Source of the DNA: Mantamonas sphyraenae STR306
Lineage: Eukaryota; Protista; CRuMs
Assembly: GCA_026936335.1 (NCBI GenBank)
Contig: JAPMXV010000017.1
Coordinates: forward strand, 124,001 to 188,000
Reading direction: 5' to 3'
Length of the DNA stretch: 64,000 nucleotides
How positions within the stretch are numbered: the stretch's first letter is position 1; each line of letters opens with the position of its first letter. Below the pieces are notes generated by a model. The model did no database searches and was not told the DNA's origin. It saw only the letters and a program-made list of their open reading frames with translations. Positions 1 through 11,395 of this stretch are shown piece by piece. The translations under genes were made by a program, and so were the position numbers.

Positions 1-3000
1 GAAATCAGCTTGTGGGCAATGTCTTGGATGGCAGAGGCTTCCTGAGAGCTGGAAATCGTAAAGTGCCGGGCGTGTGCCGACGTCTTGTGTTGCGACGCCT
101 GGTGCTCATCCATGGCCTCTGCAATCTCCACGGCAATGTCGGCAAACAACGGCGGCGTCTGCACAATCTCGTCCTTGATGTTTGCCAGCGCCGTGCCAAT
201 GGCCGTGGGCCTGAACAGCTGCGACGGATACGGACGGTCAAAGAACTTTTTGAACAGCTCGCTCAAGTACTGTCGCTCAGACCAGAAGCCCTGGAAGCGA
301 TGCAGGGCGGCCAGGCGACGACGGCTCTTGGCGTGTTGCATGTCGGCGTACACAATGTCCTTTGCCTCCAAAGGAAGAGAGGCGCAGGCCATCATGAAGA
401 GCACAGCTGCGTTGCGACGCACAGAGTGCAGCGAGTCATCAAGCATGTGCCATGCAATGGTGGCCACCTGGCGTGTGTTTTCCTCGGTCAGGCGCTGGGC
501 AATCGATGACAGCAAATCGATGCATGCGTTGCGCAGCCTGTGCTTCAGACGCAGGCGGAATTGAGACAGGTTCTCCGCACCCATGTGTTCTGCACGCCCC
601 TGCAACGAGCTACGATTGGCCAGGAAGCGCTTGAACGACGGAGTCGGACCCAGTTGCGACTCGGTGCGCGGCTTCAGATCCAGGCCCACCGAGATGTGCC
701 ACTGCTGCAGCGAGCGGTGGTGCTCTGCGTGTTCAAACACAGCCGAGCGTTTTGTGCGTCCTTCTTGCTGCCGTGCGCGTCGGATGCTGCGCACAGACAC
801 GTGCGTTTCTGGGTTGAACACGTCGTGAAACTCGTACACCGTCTTGAGGCCGTCGAATGCATTCTGGTCCGCTTCGGTGACCACAAAGCGGCGTGGCTTG
901 AACGCACGTGGCGCTTCCATGGATTCGCTGGAGGAGGCGGATGAAGAAGACGCGCCGCCGCCGCCGCCGCCGCCGCTGCTCGTGCTCGTCGTTTCACTTT
1001 GCGACGGCGTGGGCACAAGTGATGTGGGGACGGTGGAGTGCAGCCACTCGATGACTTTGGGTACCCACTTTGTGTAGGACGATGTGCGTCGCCTGCGCTT
1101 GGTTGGGAGGACGTTGAAGATTTCAGCGAGCAGAAATGCGAGCAGGACCTGCTTGGTGGGCGGCAGCTGGGCATCGTTGGGCAGGATGGAAAAGTACAGC
1201 ACGAGTGCAGATTCCCAATGCAGCAGCAGGGACTTGTCGCGGTCCGAGAGGTGGTTGTAGATTTGGCCGTCGATTTCGTGTACAATTTCGCCGCATTCAT
1301 GCAGAAGGGCGAGCTGGCCTAGAGTGCAGGTTCGTTTCAGGGAAGCAATGAGCACTTCGCGCGGGAGCACCTCCATGGGGGACATGTACTCGCAGAGGAA
1401 GCGGAACTGGTCCATGCCTGCAGAGACAATCTGCGGGTCGTCGCTCTTGACGGCAATGAGCAGGGGGGTGAAGAACGCGGTCTGGTGGCACTCTTTGGCA
1501 CGCGCGAGGAACTGTCGCATGGTGGAGGCCAGTTCTTTGGGGATGGTGACGGTTGTGAGGACACCAAGCCAGGCCTTGAACGCACGCGGCAAGCACAGGT
1601 CGCCCAGGTAGGGCTTGCTGAGCAGGGTGTTGAAGATGGGCAGATACTGGAGCACAGTGCTGGTGCGGCCTTTCATGAGCACGACGTTTGTAAATTCGTC
1701 CGGATGTGCGGCGACGAGGTCGTGCAGCAGCTCAAACGCAGTCGTGCTGATGGTTTCGTTGGACGATACGATGAGGTGGGTGACCAAATCGATCATTTGC
1801 TCACTGTACAGGCCCGATGGCACGCGCTCGGCGTGGATTTTGGAGCGCAGCAGCGTGAGAATGTTGCTGATCAGCTGTTCGCTGGCGGTGGTGTTCAGTA
1901 CAAAGCTCATGGCAGCCATGAAGAGTTCGGGGTCGCCAGGCACCCAAATGGTGTCCTGTGTGTAATCCATCTGCTGCTGGACATTGACCGCGGCTCGGCC
2001 CTGGTCGCGACTGACCTGAACGCGAGCGTTTGCACCCGTGCCCTCGTCATCCTCACTGTCGTCGTCGTCGGATGAGTCCAAAGCGGCATCTTCAGGAACA
2101 TACACAACCTCATCCTCGTCTTCAGCCTTGCTGACGGAGCGTTCCGAGTGGACGGCCGGCGAGTTGCTCTGCTCGTGCTCCAGCTCCGATTCGAGGTTCA
2201 TGATGCGCTCCCAGCGGGTCGTTAAATAGTTGACTCCCCAGGTGCGCGAGTGGACGTTGGGGTACTTGAGGTTACGGATGACGGCGTTGTACAGTGTGTC
2301 CCCCGTGATCTCTTCCAGGCGTTTGACAATTTTCTCGACGAGCGACTGGCGCTGGTCCTTGTGGCGCACGTCCTGTAGCACAGGGTGATCCGCAGACAGG
2401 GTGACCATGCCAAACGGGGTCGCAGAGGAGGAGGAGGACGAGCTTGCGGCGCTGCCCACACTGTCGCGTGAGCCGGTACCGCTCCCAGAGGCGGCAGCCA
2501 CGGCAGCGGCGGCAGCAGCCGAGGAAGAGGAGGAAGCACCGCCACTCTGCGTCTTTGTGAGCATGCTGGCGGCAGTCTTTGAGTTGTAGTTGAGCTTGGC
2601 CCATTTTGCGCCGTGGAGGAGGTCGATGGCAGAGAGGGCGTAGAGGAGGGAGTCCACAAAGGGAGTCACGTCCGAAGCGTCCAGGACCTCTGTGATTAGG
2701 GAGTAGATACATTCGAGGAGGATGTGTTGCGGAGCGAGGTAACGGCAGCGCACGCACGAGACCAGGGCGGTGACCAGATCAATGAGGTTGGTTTGTACAA
2801 AGTTGTAGAGGCGCGGCGAAACTACGGTGGCAACGTAGGACAACAGGTTGGCCGTGGCGACACATTCTTCGGCCGTGGCGTCGCGACGGAGGAGACTGGC
2901 CGTGCACTCGCGCACAAGATCGGCATACGAGGGCAGCACCAGGGTGGTGAGATGCTCCTTCTTTTCAAACATGTTGTACAGCTGCACACAGGACTCTGTT

Positions 3001-3767
3001 TGTACGCACATGTGTGCACGCAAGGGCAGCACGGAGGCCGAGAGAGGGGCAGAAGGGGCGGCATTGTCAGCACGTGAGCCGTCACTCGAAACGAGAGGGC
3101 GGCCCGTATCACGTCACACTGGAAGACAGGACACATGCAGAGTGACCAGGGCGAGGGTATGGTCACCATGGAAGGGCTGGGGAGGGACAGATGTGCATGC
3201 AGAGTGGAGTGTGGGAACGCAGAGGCAGGCGAGCAGTTGCTGCGAGGGTGGGAATCGTGCAAAAAGCGGCGCGGCCAACAAAGACCCTCGCACAGAGGGA
3301 AATGCGGGACGGGAAAGACACGTACTGAGATAGGTCTGGCCCGAGCGGCTGTTGAGTTGTTTGACAAGAGAGGCGACATCCTTGGTGAGCGACTGTAGCT
3401 CGCGCTGTTCCTTGTCGGACGACGCAACTTCCTGGACGACTTCAGCGATGGAATGTTTGGTGGCCTTGACACTCTGCAGCTGGGTGGCACCAAACCTGGT
3501 GGCGGTGCTCTTGGACCGGGGCGGAAGTGCAACCACATCTTTGGCGTTGTCTTTGACGTCCTTCCACAGTTGCTGGCCCTTGGTGGGGCCAGAAGTAGGC
3601 GAGGTTGACGGCGGGGCGGCAGCGGCTTCGTTCGCTGCCTCCATCTCCTCGCCAGACTCGCTCGAGTCACCCGGGCTGCTCTCCTCGGAGGCATGTGACT
3701 CGTGTTCCTCTTCGACCGCCATTGGTTCGGCGTCATCGAACTGCACGCGAGACATTTCCACGCTCAT
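1..3767 (-). CDS. Large HEAT/ARM-like helical protein, UNC-80/Dopey-like (3' end runs off window)
   Basis: Exon 1 3767-3326, GTACGT...CAG intron 3325-2996 (330 bp, phase-compatible), then an open frame to the window edge (absent from the ORF track, presumably because it has no stop). VATIAWHMLDDSLHSVRRNAAVLFMMACASLPLEAKDIVYADMQHAKSRRRLAALHRFQGFWSERQYL resembles a conserved UNC-80 block as recalled; family call tentative. Confidence 0.5.
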
Positions 3768-3913
3768 GCCTGTGGTGGAGGAGATTCCGTGGGTTGTTGT
3801 TTGCGCCCGCCAGCGCCGCACACACCACGGGAGTTGAGAATCGGGCATGGGGGCATGTGATGTCGATGAATGAAAATGTGCATTTGTGCTCCCCTGGCCA
3901 TCCTCTGGCCATC

Positions 3914-6900
3914 TTACCAGTCGCTGCCGTCTGAATCTGCGTCGTCGTCGTCGTCGCTGTCGTACTGCATGTCCTTGCGCATGGAACCAATGGCGTTGCG
4001 GAGGGCATTGAACCCGTCTCCTGCCTTTGCTTTTTGCGCTTCCGCCTCGATGGCTTCCCGGTCGACTTTCTTGAGGGCTGTGCCCGCGCGGATGGCCGAC
4101 ATGAGGTCCACTCGGCCGCCGCTGGTAACCTGTTTGGGCACTTTTGACGCCGTCGACTCACCCGAGGCGGGCTGGGAAGAGGATGTTGCACCTGCGGCCG
4201 AACTGGCACTGGCACTGGTCGGCATAGGCGCTGGCGGGGGTGGTGGGGGTGGCGGAGGCGCTGCGGATGACGAAGCCGCCACCGCATGAACACGGGAGGT
4301 GGCGTGCGTGCTGGGTTGCACAGAGGCACGCGTGGGACGTGAAAACCCCTTCTTGTCGACCTGAAGACTTGCGTTTGCGCGGTCGCCGCCGCGCTCGACA
4401 ATCATGGCCATGAGCTCTGCTTCGAGGCGCTGCGCGGTATCTGCGAGCTGCTCTGCGCGTGTGGCAAGCAGTTCCTGGATCCATTCGAGGTCTGCTGTGA
4501 TTTCGTCAATGACCATCTGTTCCTCCTCGCTGTTGAGAGGCTCCTGGCTGACGATGCCGAGGACGTTGTCCAGCAGCTCACTGAGCTCCATCACCTTGAG
4601 TTCCAGCTCCTCCTTGTTCAGGGACACCTCTGCAATCTCATCGTCCACCTCGGTGCGTGCACGCTGTGCCTTTTCCGCCATGATGCCGAGTTTGCGCTTC
4701 TCCTCGGCCGCAGCGGCTCCGGCAGCCTCTTCATCGGCCAGCTGCATCTTCATCTCGCCAATCTTGCTGGTGAGGATCTGTTTCTGGGTTTGCAGGTCGC
4801 TGAGACGCATGTCGTTGTGGAACTTTGTTTCTGTGTGTTGCTTGCGTGCGCGTTCGTAGTTGTCCGCCTTTTCGCTCTTGCGCTTCACCTTCTCCTTCAT
4901 GTCCTCAAGCTCTGCGGCCGCTCGTCCCAGCTCCGCTCGCTTGTGATCCAGCATGGTATCTGTGTTTGCCAGCTCGTGCTGAGCCGAGTCGATGTCCGCC
5001 TGCAGGGCGGCCACACGACGCTGCTGTTCTTGCAGCTGTGTGCGTTTGCGTTGGATCTCCTCACGCAGCGCCGCCGTACGTTTTGCCGTGTCTGCGCTTC
5101 CTCCAGCGGCATCGTCTGCACGCATGTCTTCCAGAAGTTCGGTGAGTTCCAACAGCTGTTCCTCGTGCGCAAGCTTGCTCTCCTCCAGTTCCAGTGCGAG
5201 CAGGTCAAGCTCGTCGTCCTTGACAGCCAGCTTCTCTTGTGTCTGTGTCTCGTGGACATCCACCTGCCGCTGCAGAGTCTCTGCCTCGTCACGCAGCCCC
5301 TGGATCTTGACTTCCATCGCTTCGTGCTGCGCATTGCCCTTGGCGGCCGCCTGTGACTGTTGCGAAGAGCTGCTGGCCAGCTGTTCCACCTGTGCCACGA
5401 TGGCGGCTGTGGCTTGATCCACCTGAGCGCTTGCCTGTACCTGCGCCTGCATCTGCGCCTCCAGCTGGGATTGTGTGGTGCGCAGAGTGGCCACCTGCGT
5501 CTCTTTGTCTGCCTTTGCCTGCTGCGCATCCTGAAGTCGTTTCTGCGCTGCTTCAATGCGGTCCAACAGAGCTCTCTTTCGCTGTGCGTCCATCGTCTGC
5601 ATCTTGGGTTTCACCACAGAAGCAGCTCGACCCCTGCGGACGCTTCGCACGCGGCCAGGCATCGACAACGAGCTGCCCGACCCACCCGCATTGGCTGCTG
5701 TCACAGACGGCACCTCGCGACGCTGGCTCAGCTTCGTTTGCACTCGAATAGACCGCGCACGACTGCGCATCATTCCAATCGAAGGCACCTCTTCCTCATC
5801 CGTCTTTGGCTTGGCCGGCTCTTGCGGCTTCTGTTGCAGCTTCTCTGGCGCTTCAGGCTCGGTCTGTGTCTTGGCCACGTCGTCGTTGGGCTTCGTGAGG
5901 GTGATTTCCACCGATTGTGGGCTGGGTGTGGATGACGAGGTAGATGAGGAGGATGAGGAGGAGGAGGAGGAAGAAGTGGGAAGCTCGACCAGCTTGGCGT
6001 TGTCGCTGGCAAACTGGAACATGGTGTTGCAATCGCCCGACGCAGTCGATCCTCCCAACAGGAACGCTCGCTTGCCAGCTTGCACATAAGAGGCGTCCCC
6101 TCGTTCCTCAGGCCACATAAAGCCGCCCTTTGTGCTGTTGCCGCCGTCGACGCGTCCGTCAACCTGCTTCCAGGCCATACTGTCCATATCCAACACCGCC
6201 ACTTGGTTGCACAGTCCATCGCTCGTGTATCCGCCAAAGAAAAACACAAAAGAGTCCTTGACGACGGAGCGGTGGCCCCAGCGGCCTGCGGGTGCGTTTC
6301 CGCTGACTTGTGGCGTTGTCCACTGCAGCGAATCGGTGTCAAACAGATGGAGGTCGTTCAAAGCTTCCCCAGATGCGTCTTGCCCCCCAAAGAGAACCAG
6401 TTGCGTGCCCATGGATGCTGTGCTGTGGCCAAAGCGTGGCGAAGGTGCGTTGTCCAAGCCCACCTGGGTCCACGAGTTGCGCTTGGTGTCCAGCACGTGC
6501 ATGTCGTTCAAGACTCCGTCTTCGTTCTTGCCGCCAAACTGCGTGGGGTGTCCGGGGAAACCGTGCAAGAAACTGTGTGAGCGACGAGAGGGTTCGTGGT
6601 GCGCTGGCGTGGCCGAAATTGCTTACCAGGCAGGCATACTGGTCATTGACCAGGTCGCAGGAGTGGAAATAGCGTCCTGTGGGCGGGCTGCCGGTGAGAC
6701 GTGGGCGCTGCCACACGAGTTTGGCCAAATCGAGCACGGCCACGTCTTGCTTGATGTCTCCGCTTTCGTCGACGCCAAAAAACACAAACCAGCGGCTGGG
6801 AGCCACCAGCACGGCTGCATGGCCAAACCGCGGCTCCGGGGGTGACCCTTTCACATCCGGAGCCATCCATGCCATCAATCCCGTGCACGAAAGCTGGTGG

Positions 6901-7040
6901 ACGTCGCTGTGTGCCACGCCGCCCACGTTGCCACCGTACACAAACATCTTGTTGTCAAAGAACACCGCCGTGTGTGCATGACATGCTGCGGGTCCCTTGC
7001 CCCGCACCTTGGTCAGTGTCCAGGGCGACTTTGTGGACAT
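3914..7040 (-). CDS. Kelch-repeat / coiled-coil / polyproline / WH2-central-acidic (VCA) protein
   Basis: join(7040-6627, 6538-3914), intron GTAAGC...CAG. Kelch repeats (PRFGHAAV, GRYFHSC, PRFGHSTA..LFGG, GRWGH..FFGG), long heptad region, PPPPPPPPP, WH2 GRVDLMSAIRAGTALKKV, C-terminus DSDDDDDADSDGSDW. Confidence 0.85.
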
Positions 7041-7119
7041 GGCTTGTTTGTGCGGGTGTGCGCGCACGCTGCAAACACAAAACCTCTTTGCCGTTCGTCT
7101 GCCCTTTGCGCTGGCAACC

Positions 7120-8304
7120 ATGTCAGCACGGGGCAAAGGTAAACGAAGCAAGGTGAAAAAGGCGGATGTGGCGGCGATGCTGGCGGCGACCAAGGCGCGG
7201 CAGGAGGCGCGGGAGCAGGCTAACTTGGGCCACTACGTCCAGTCCCTGCACAAAGAGCATCAAAAGGCCAGCAGCGAACGCGCCAAGGAGGCACATTCGA
7301 TGATTGTGGACCGCATGCGCGACCACTTGGCGGAACGCAAGGTGCGTGCATATGCGTGTGTCTGTGTGTGTGTGCGTGTGTGTGGCACACGGGGTGGCTG
7401 AGACGCGCTGAAAGCGAAAGAGGGATTGCATTTTTTGGCGCGCGGACTGCGACTGACCCTCTTTGCGCGCTTGGCGATGCATGCGTGCAGGTGCAAGAGC
7501 GAGAGATGCTGCAAGAGGAGGAGAAACTGATGCAGCGGTATGCAGAGGTCCAACGCGTGCTGCAGGTGGCCAAGGAAAAGGTGGAGGAGGCGCAGCCGTT
7601 GGAGAGCGAATCGCTTGCCTCGCGCGCCCCGTTCCGTTCGGGCGCCTCCAAAGAGCCCATCTTTGATCCCAAAATGCCGCACGACTTCCAACGCAGTGTG
7701 GAGTCGTCGGACACGGGCCGTGACGACGACGGGGCGGAGGAGTTTAGCGACTGGTGGCAAGAGCAAGACGAATCGTGGCTGGACGACGAGGAAGGAGTCG
7801 CAGACGAAGCGGACGGCCAGGAGAGTCAGCAGGAGGACGAACAAGTGGACGAGGAACTGGACGTTTGGTCACGTCTCAGTGGCGTCAAGACCACACATTC
7901 CATGCAGAGCAGCAAGGGCTCGCCGCGCAAGGAAGTGGTCGACGACGAACGCGTACGTCTGGCGCAAGAGGCAGCCAGGATCCGCATCCGAGAGCGCAAA
8001 GAAAAGGTGAGTGCGTGCAGTGTATGTTGCAAAGAGACGTGTGGCAACCCACGGTGCCATAAGGGGAAGGGGTGCATGCAGAGAGAGGGTGCGATGACGA
8101 CAACATCTTTTCACAGTTTGTCTGAGCGATCCCGCCTGCTTGCAGGTGGCCGCCATTGAAGAACCTATCACTACGTACGGTATCCGAGCACCCATGCATG
8201 CCTGTTTGCTGTGTGGGATGAGAGTGCGGTTTGAGGAGGCTGGGCGTCACTGACAAAACGCGTTTGTTTTGGGACAGCTCGCCGCACAGGAACAGTCGAG
8301 GTGA
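7120..8304 (+). CDS. Uncharacterised coiled-coil/acidic protein (multi-exon; 3' end uncertain)
   Basis: MSARGKGKRSKVKK start; GT-AG introns near 7342-7490 and 8007-8145 join coding-like exons; no family motif recognised. Confidence 0.45.
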
Positions 8305-8373
8305 CCATGGGTTGCTGTGTGTCTGTGCAGACGAATGGATGTTATCATTATTGTCATTAATTGCTCGCTTGCG

Positions 8374-11256
8374 TCACAGAGTCGACGCCACGAAACTCTC
8401 CATGCGACGGTCGACCTTGGCCTGCTCCTCTTCCACAGACGAGGCAATGGCTTCGACGTCGTCTTCACTCAGCGTGAGCTTGACACTGTCTCGTTTCCTT
8501 TCCATGAGGGCATTGAGGTTGCGAGCGCTGTCTTGGCTGTCGTCGGAGCTGCTCTTGCGCTTGTCGAGGCTGTTGATGCGCTTGGTCCGTCGTGTGCCTC
8601 GATTCTCCTGCTGCTTCAAGTGGCCAAATTGCGCGTTGAGGTGGCGCACAACACGGCCCGTAACGCCGAGCTCGGCGTGCTTCTTGTCCTTGGGTGCATC
8701 GGACACGCGCAGCTGCACACAGATCCCGTTGGCATAGCCACTGTTCTTGACCTGCTTCATGTCAATATCCGGTGTCAGGATGCTCTGCAGCTCGTCCAGC
8801 GTCAGGGTGAGCTGCAGGGCCGAGGTGCCTGCGGCCACAGCCTGACCCAGGGTCTCGCTGCCCTTGCGCTTGCTTGTGGCATTGGAAAAGCCACGCCAGC
8901 GCCTCTTGCTCGAGGATGTGCGCGGAGCCATTGCATCGCTGCTTCCAGAGTCGGATGATGCGCTGGGTGTTCTGCCCTTTCGCCTGATGAACGACGGCGA
9001 GGCAGAGCGTGTTTTGTCGCGGATGCGCTGCATCACGCTTGACGACCGCTTCTGTGTGTTCATGTCTCCGTCTCCACCTGCGTCCGACTCCATGGACCGA
9101 CGCGACTCTGCCGATGTGCGACCAGATGAGGAGGAGGAGGAGGAGGAGGAGGATGTGGTCGACGACGGCTGCTGTTGCTCTTCGGACAACAAGGATAGCT
9201 TGGTGTCCAGAGCCTGTGTGACCAAGTCGCTGTCAACAAAGTCTTGGAGCTCTTCCAGTGTGACGGCGACGTCTGTAATGGGCAGAATGGGCGTGTTGCT
9301 GTTGTTGTTGCTGCTGCTGCTGGCATCCATGCCTGTGGTTTCGTCCTCCTCAGCCAGGGTGGCGAGTTCGTTGTCGCTGTTGCTGTTGGTGATGGACAAG
9401 GTGCCGATTTGGAAGCCGTGTGTCTCGCCTGTGTTTGTGGTCTCGAACTGTTCGTTGAACGCACGCATTTGGCTGTTGTCCATGAGGTTGTAGATGCTCT
9501 TGGGTCGCCTGTTTGTCCAGTCTGCAATGCGTTTGACCTCGGATGTGTGCATGCTCTTGGGTGTACTTGCGCTGTCGCGTGCCACCTGTGCGTCGATCTC
9601 CATGTGCAAACCCACCATGTACAAGTCCTCTTGCACCTCCTGTAGACCGCGTGTCATCACTCGCAACCGTGACGTACACTCTGCCAACGCCATGTTGATT
9701 TCTGTCGACGACGGGTCGTCCAGATCGGTGACAAACACCCAGGGGCTGGTCATTGTCACTCCGTTGCTTCCCAGTTCCTCGTCGGTCCCTTCAGGGTCGC
9801 GCTCATTCGCATTGTTGTTGTTGTTCTGCGTTGTGGTCTGCCCCTTTCCACCATCACCACCACCACTGCTGCTGTTGTTGCTGCTGTCTCGTTTGCGAAA
9901 CAGCGACAAGGCGCGCGAGCGGCCCTGTGTTTGTTGTTGCGGTTGTGGTGCGGTTCGTGTGCCTTCGCTGGCGTTTGCTTTGTCTCCCAGCAATGCTTCC
10001 CACTTTTCCCGCTCTGCCTGTTCGCTGCCCAGCAGGCACTCGTGGATGTCTGCCAACACCGAGGTGATCTGCGAGCTGCGCTGTTGCAGCTGTTGCAACG
10101 TGTCACTTGCAGTGTCCAGCTTGTCCTGCAGCTTCTTGTCTTCCTGTGACATGGTCGACGACGACGATGGATATGTGGCACGCGTGTCGTCTTCGTAAAG
10201 GTCGTCCCATCCGTCCATGACTGCACCGGCGGGCGCTGCCGCGGCCTGGCTCTCTCCCGAGAGACTGGACATGGCAAAGAGTTCGTTGAGCACCTGACTG
10301 GTCAGCTTGTCTGCGTACGTTTGCACGAGGCGAGTAAGCTCGTCGGCGACGGCGGCAAAAAGGAGGTGGGAGCAGTCGAGGAGCCGCGCCGCCGAGCGCA
10401 TCCGTTGCACGAGCGTGCGCCTGCTTGTGTGCTCATCCATGGACAGAATGTCGATGATGAGAGTGCGCAAGGCCATGAAAACGCCCCTTGCGGGCGTGCC
10501 TGCGGTGGGCACAAACAACTCGATGACCAGCAGGGCCAACTCTTCGTTGGTGAGCTGGGATTCACGCACACGCTGACGAAAGGCACCGGGGGCAATGTCC
10601 AACACTTCCAATTGGTCAGTGGGCACCACAAACAACGATTGGATCTGACTCAGCTGCTGTGCAAACTGGTGGGCGACGGGGGATACGTTGGCGGCCTTGT
10701 GCTTGTCCGGCAGCGTCAACAGCGCCTTCATCGTCTGCTGGCTGATATGAGCCATGTTCACCGACGCCCGTGCGCCCCTCCGCTGCTCTTTCTGCTGCTG
10801 GAACAGCACTCGCTTGTCCAGGTTCACGCTACGCTCGCCCGTGGCTTGAATCACGTGTTGCATCTCCGCCAACCTTTGCTGCTGCGCTTTTTCTTCGCGC
10901 GACAGCACACGTGTGCCTCCTCCCTCTCCGCTACCGCTGCTCTCCCCCCAACTCTCCACTTGCACTTCCTGTACGCCCCGTTGCCTGCTTTGCTTCGGGC
11001 TGCCCATCCCCTGGAGCGTGGAAATCACGCTGGCCGAGAGGTTGCTCAGCGCCCGACCTCTCGATCTTCCGCGCCGGCTGCTGCGCGTCTCGCCTTCGCT
11101 CTGATCCTGTTCACCCGTCTCGGGCGAATCGGCGCGTTCGACGTGTCGTGTGCTCGACGGGCTGGCGCTGCGCAGCCTGTTGAGACGCTTGAGGGAGGAC
11201 GAACGTGCGCGACGTCGCGACGGCCGTTCCTCTTCGGTTGTGGTGCTTGCATCCAT
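8374..11256 (-). CDS. Uncharacterised ~960 aa helical/low-complexity protein
   Basis: Long ORF. Likely start is MDASTTTEEERP at 11256, because the upstream extension is antisense to the neighbouring gene. No family recognised. Confidence 0.65.
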   Translation of the reverse strand: MDASTTTEEERPSRRRARSSSLKRLNRLRSASPSSTRHVERADSPETGEQDQSEGETRSSRRGRSRGRALSNLSASVISTLQGMGSPKQSRQRGVQEVQVESWGESSGSGEGGGTRVLSREEKAQQQRLAEMQHVIQATGERSVNLDKRVLFQQQKEQRRGARASVNMAHISQQTMKALLTLPDKHKAANVSPVAHQFAQQLSQIQSLFVVPTDQLEVLDIAPGAFRQRVRESQLTNEELALLVIELFVPTAGTPARGVFMALRTLIIDILSMDEHTSRRTLVQRMRSAARLLDCSHLLFAAVADELTRLVQTYADKLTSQVLNELFAMSSLSGESQAAAAPAGAVMDGWDDLYEDDTRATYPSSSSTMSQEDKKLQDKLDTASDTLQQLQQRSSQITSVLADIHECLLGSEQAEREKWEALLGDKANASEGTRTAPQPQQQTQGRSRALSLFRKRDSSNNSSSGGGDGGKGQTTTQNNNNNANERDPEGTDEELGSNGVTMTSPWVFVTDLDDPSSTEINMALAECTSRLRVMTRGLQEVQEDLYMVGLHMEIDAQVARDSASTPKSMHTSEVKRIADWTNRRPKSIYNLMDNSQMRAFNEQFETTNTGETHGFQIGTLSITNSNSDNELATLAEEDETTGMDASSSSNNNSNTPILPITDVAVTLEELQDFVDSDLVTQALDTKLSLLSEEQQQPSSTTSSSSSSSSSSGRTSAESRRSMESDAGGDGDMNTQKRSSSVMQRIRDKTRSASPSFIRRKGRTPSASSDSGSSDAMAPRTSSSKRRWRGFSNATSKRKGSETLGQAVAAGTSALQLTLTLDELQSILTPDIDMKQVKNSGYANGICVQLRVSDAPKDKKHAELGVTGRVVRHLNAQFGHLKQQENRGTRRTKRINSLDKRKSSSDDSQDSARNLNALMERKRDSVKLTLSEDDVEAIASSVEEEQAKVDRRMESFVASTL

Positions 11257-11395
11257 GATGTTTGAACACGTGCAATGCCGGCCAGAGTTGTGTGTGCAAC
11301 GCCCCCAAAATAAGGATGCCTGTGGGGCTTTTTGGGTGTGGATTGGGAGTGACAGCGCGCAGCACGCGACTGCGGCATCAAGAGAAAACGCACAG

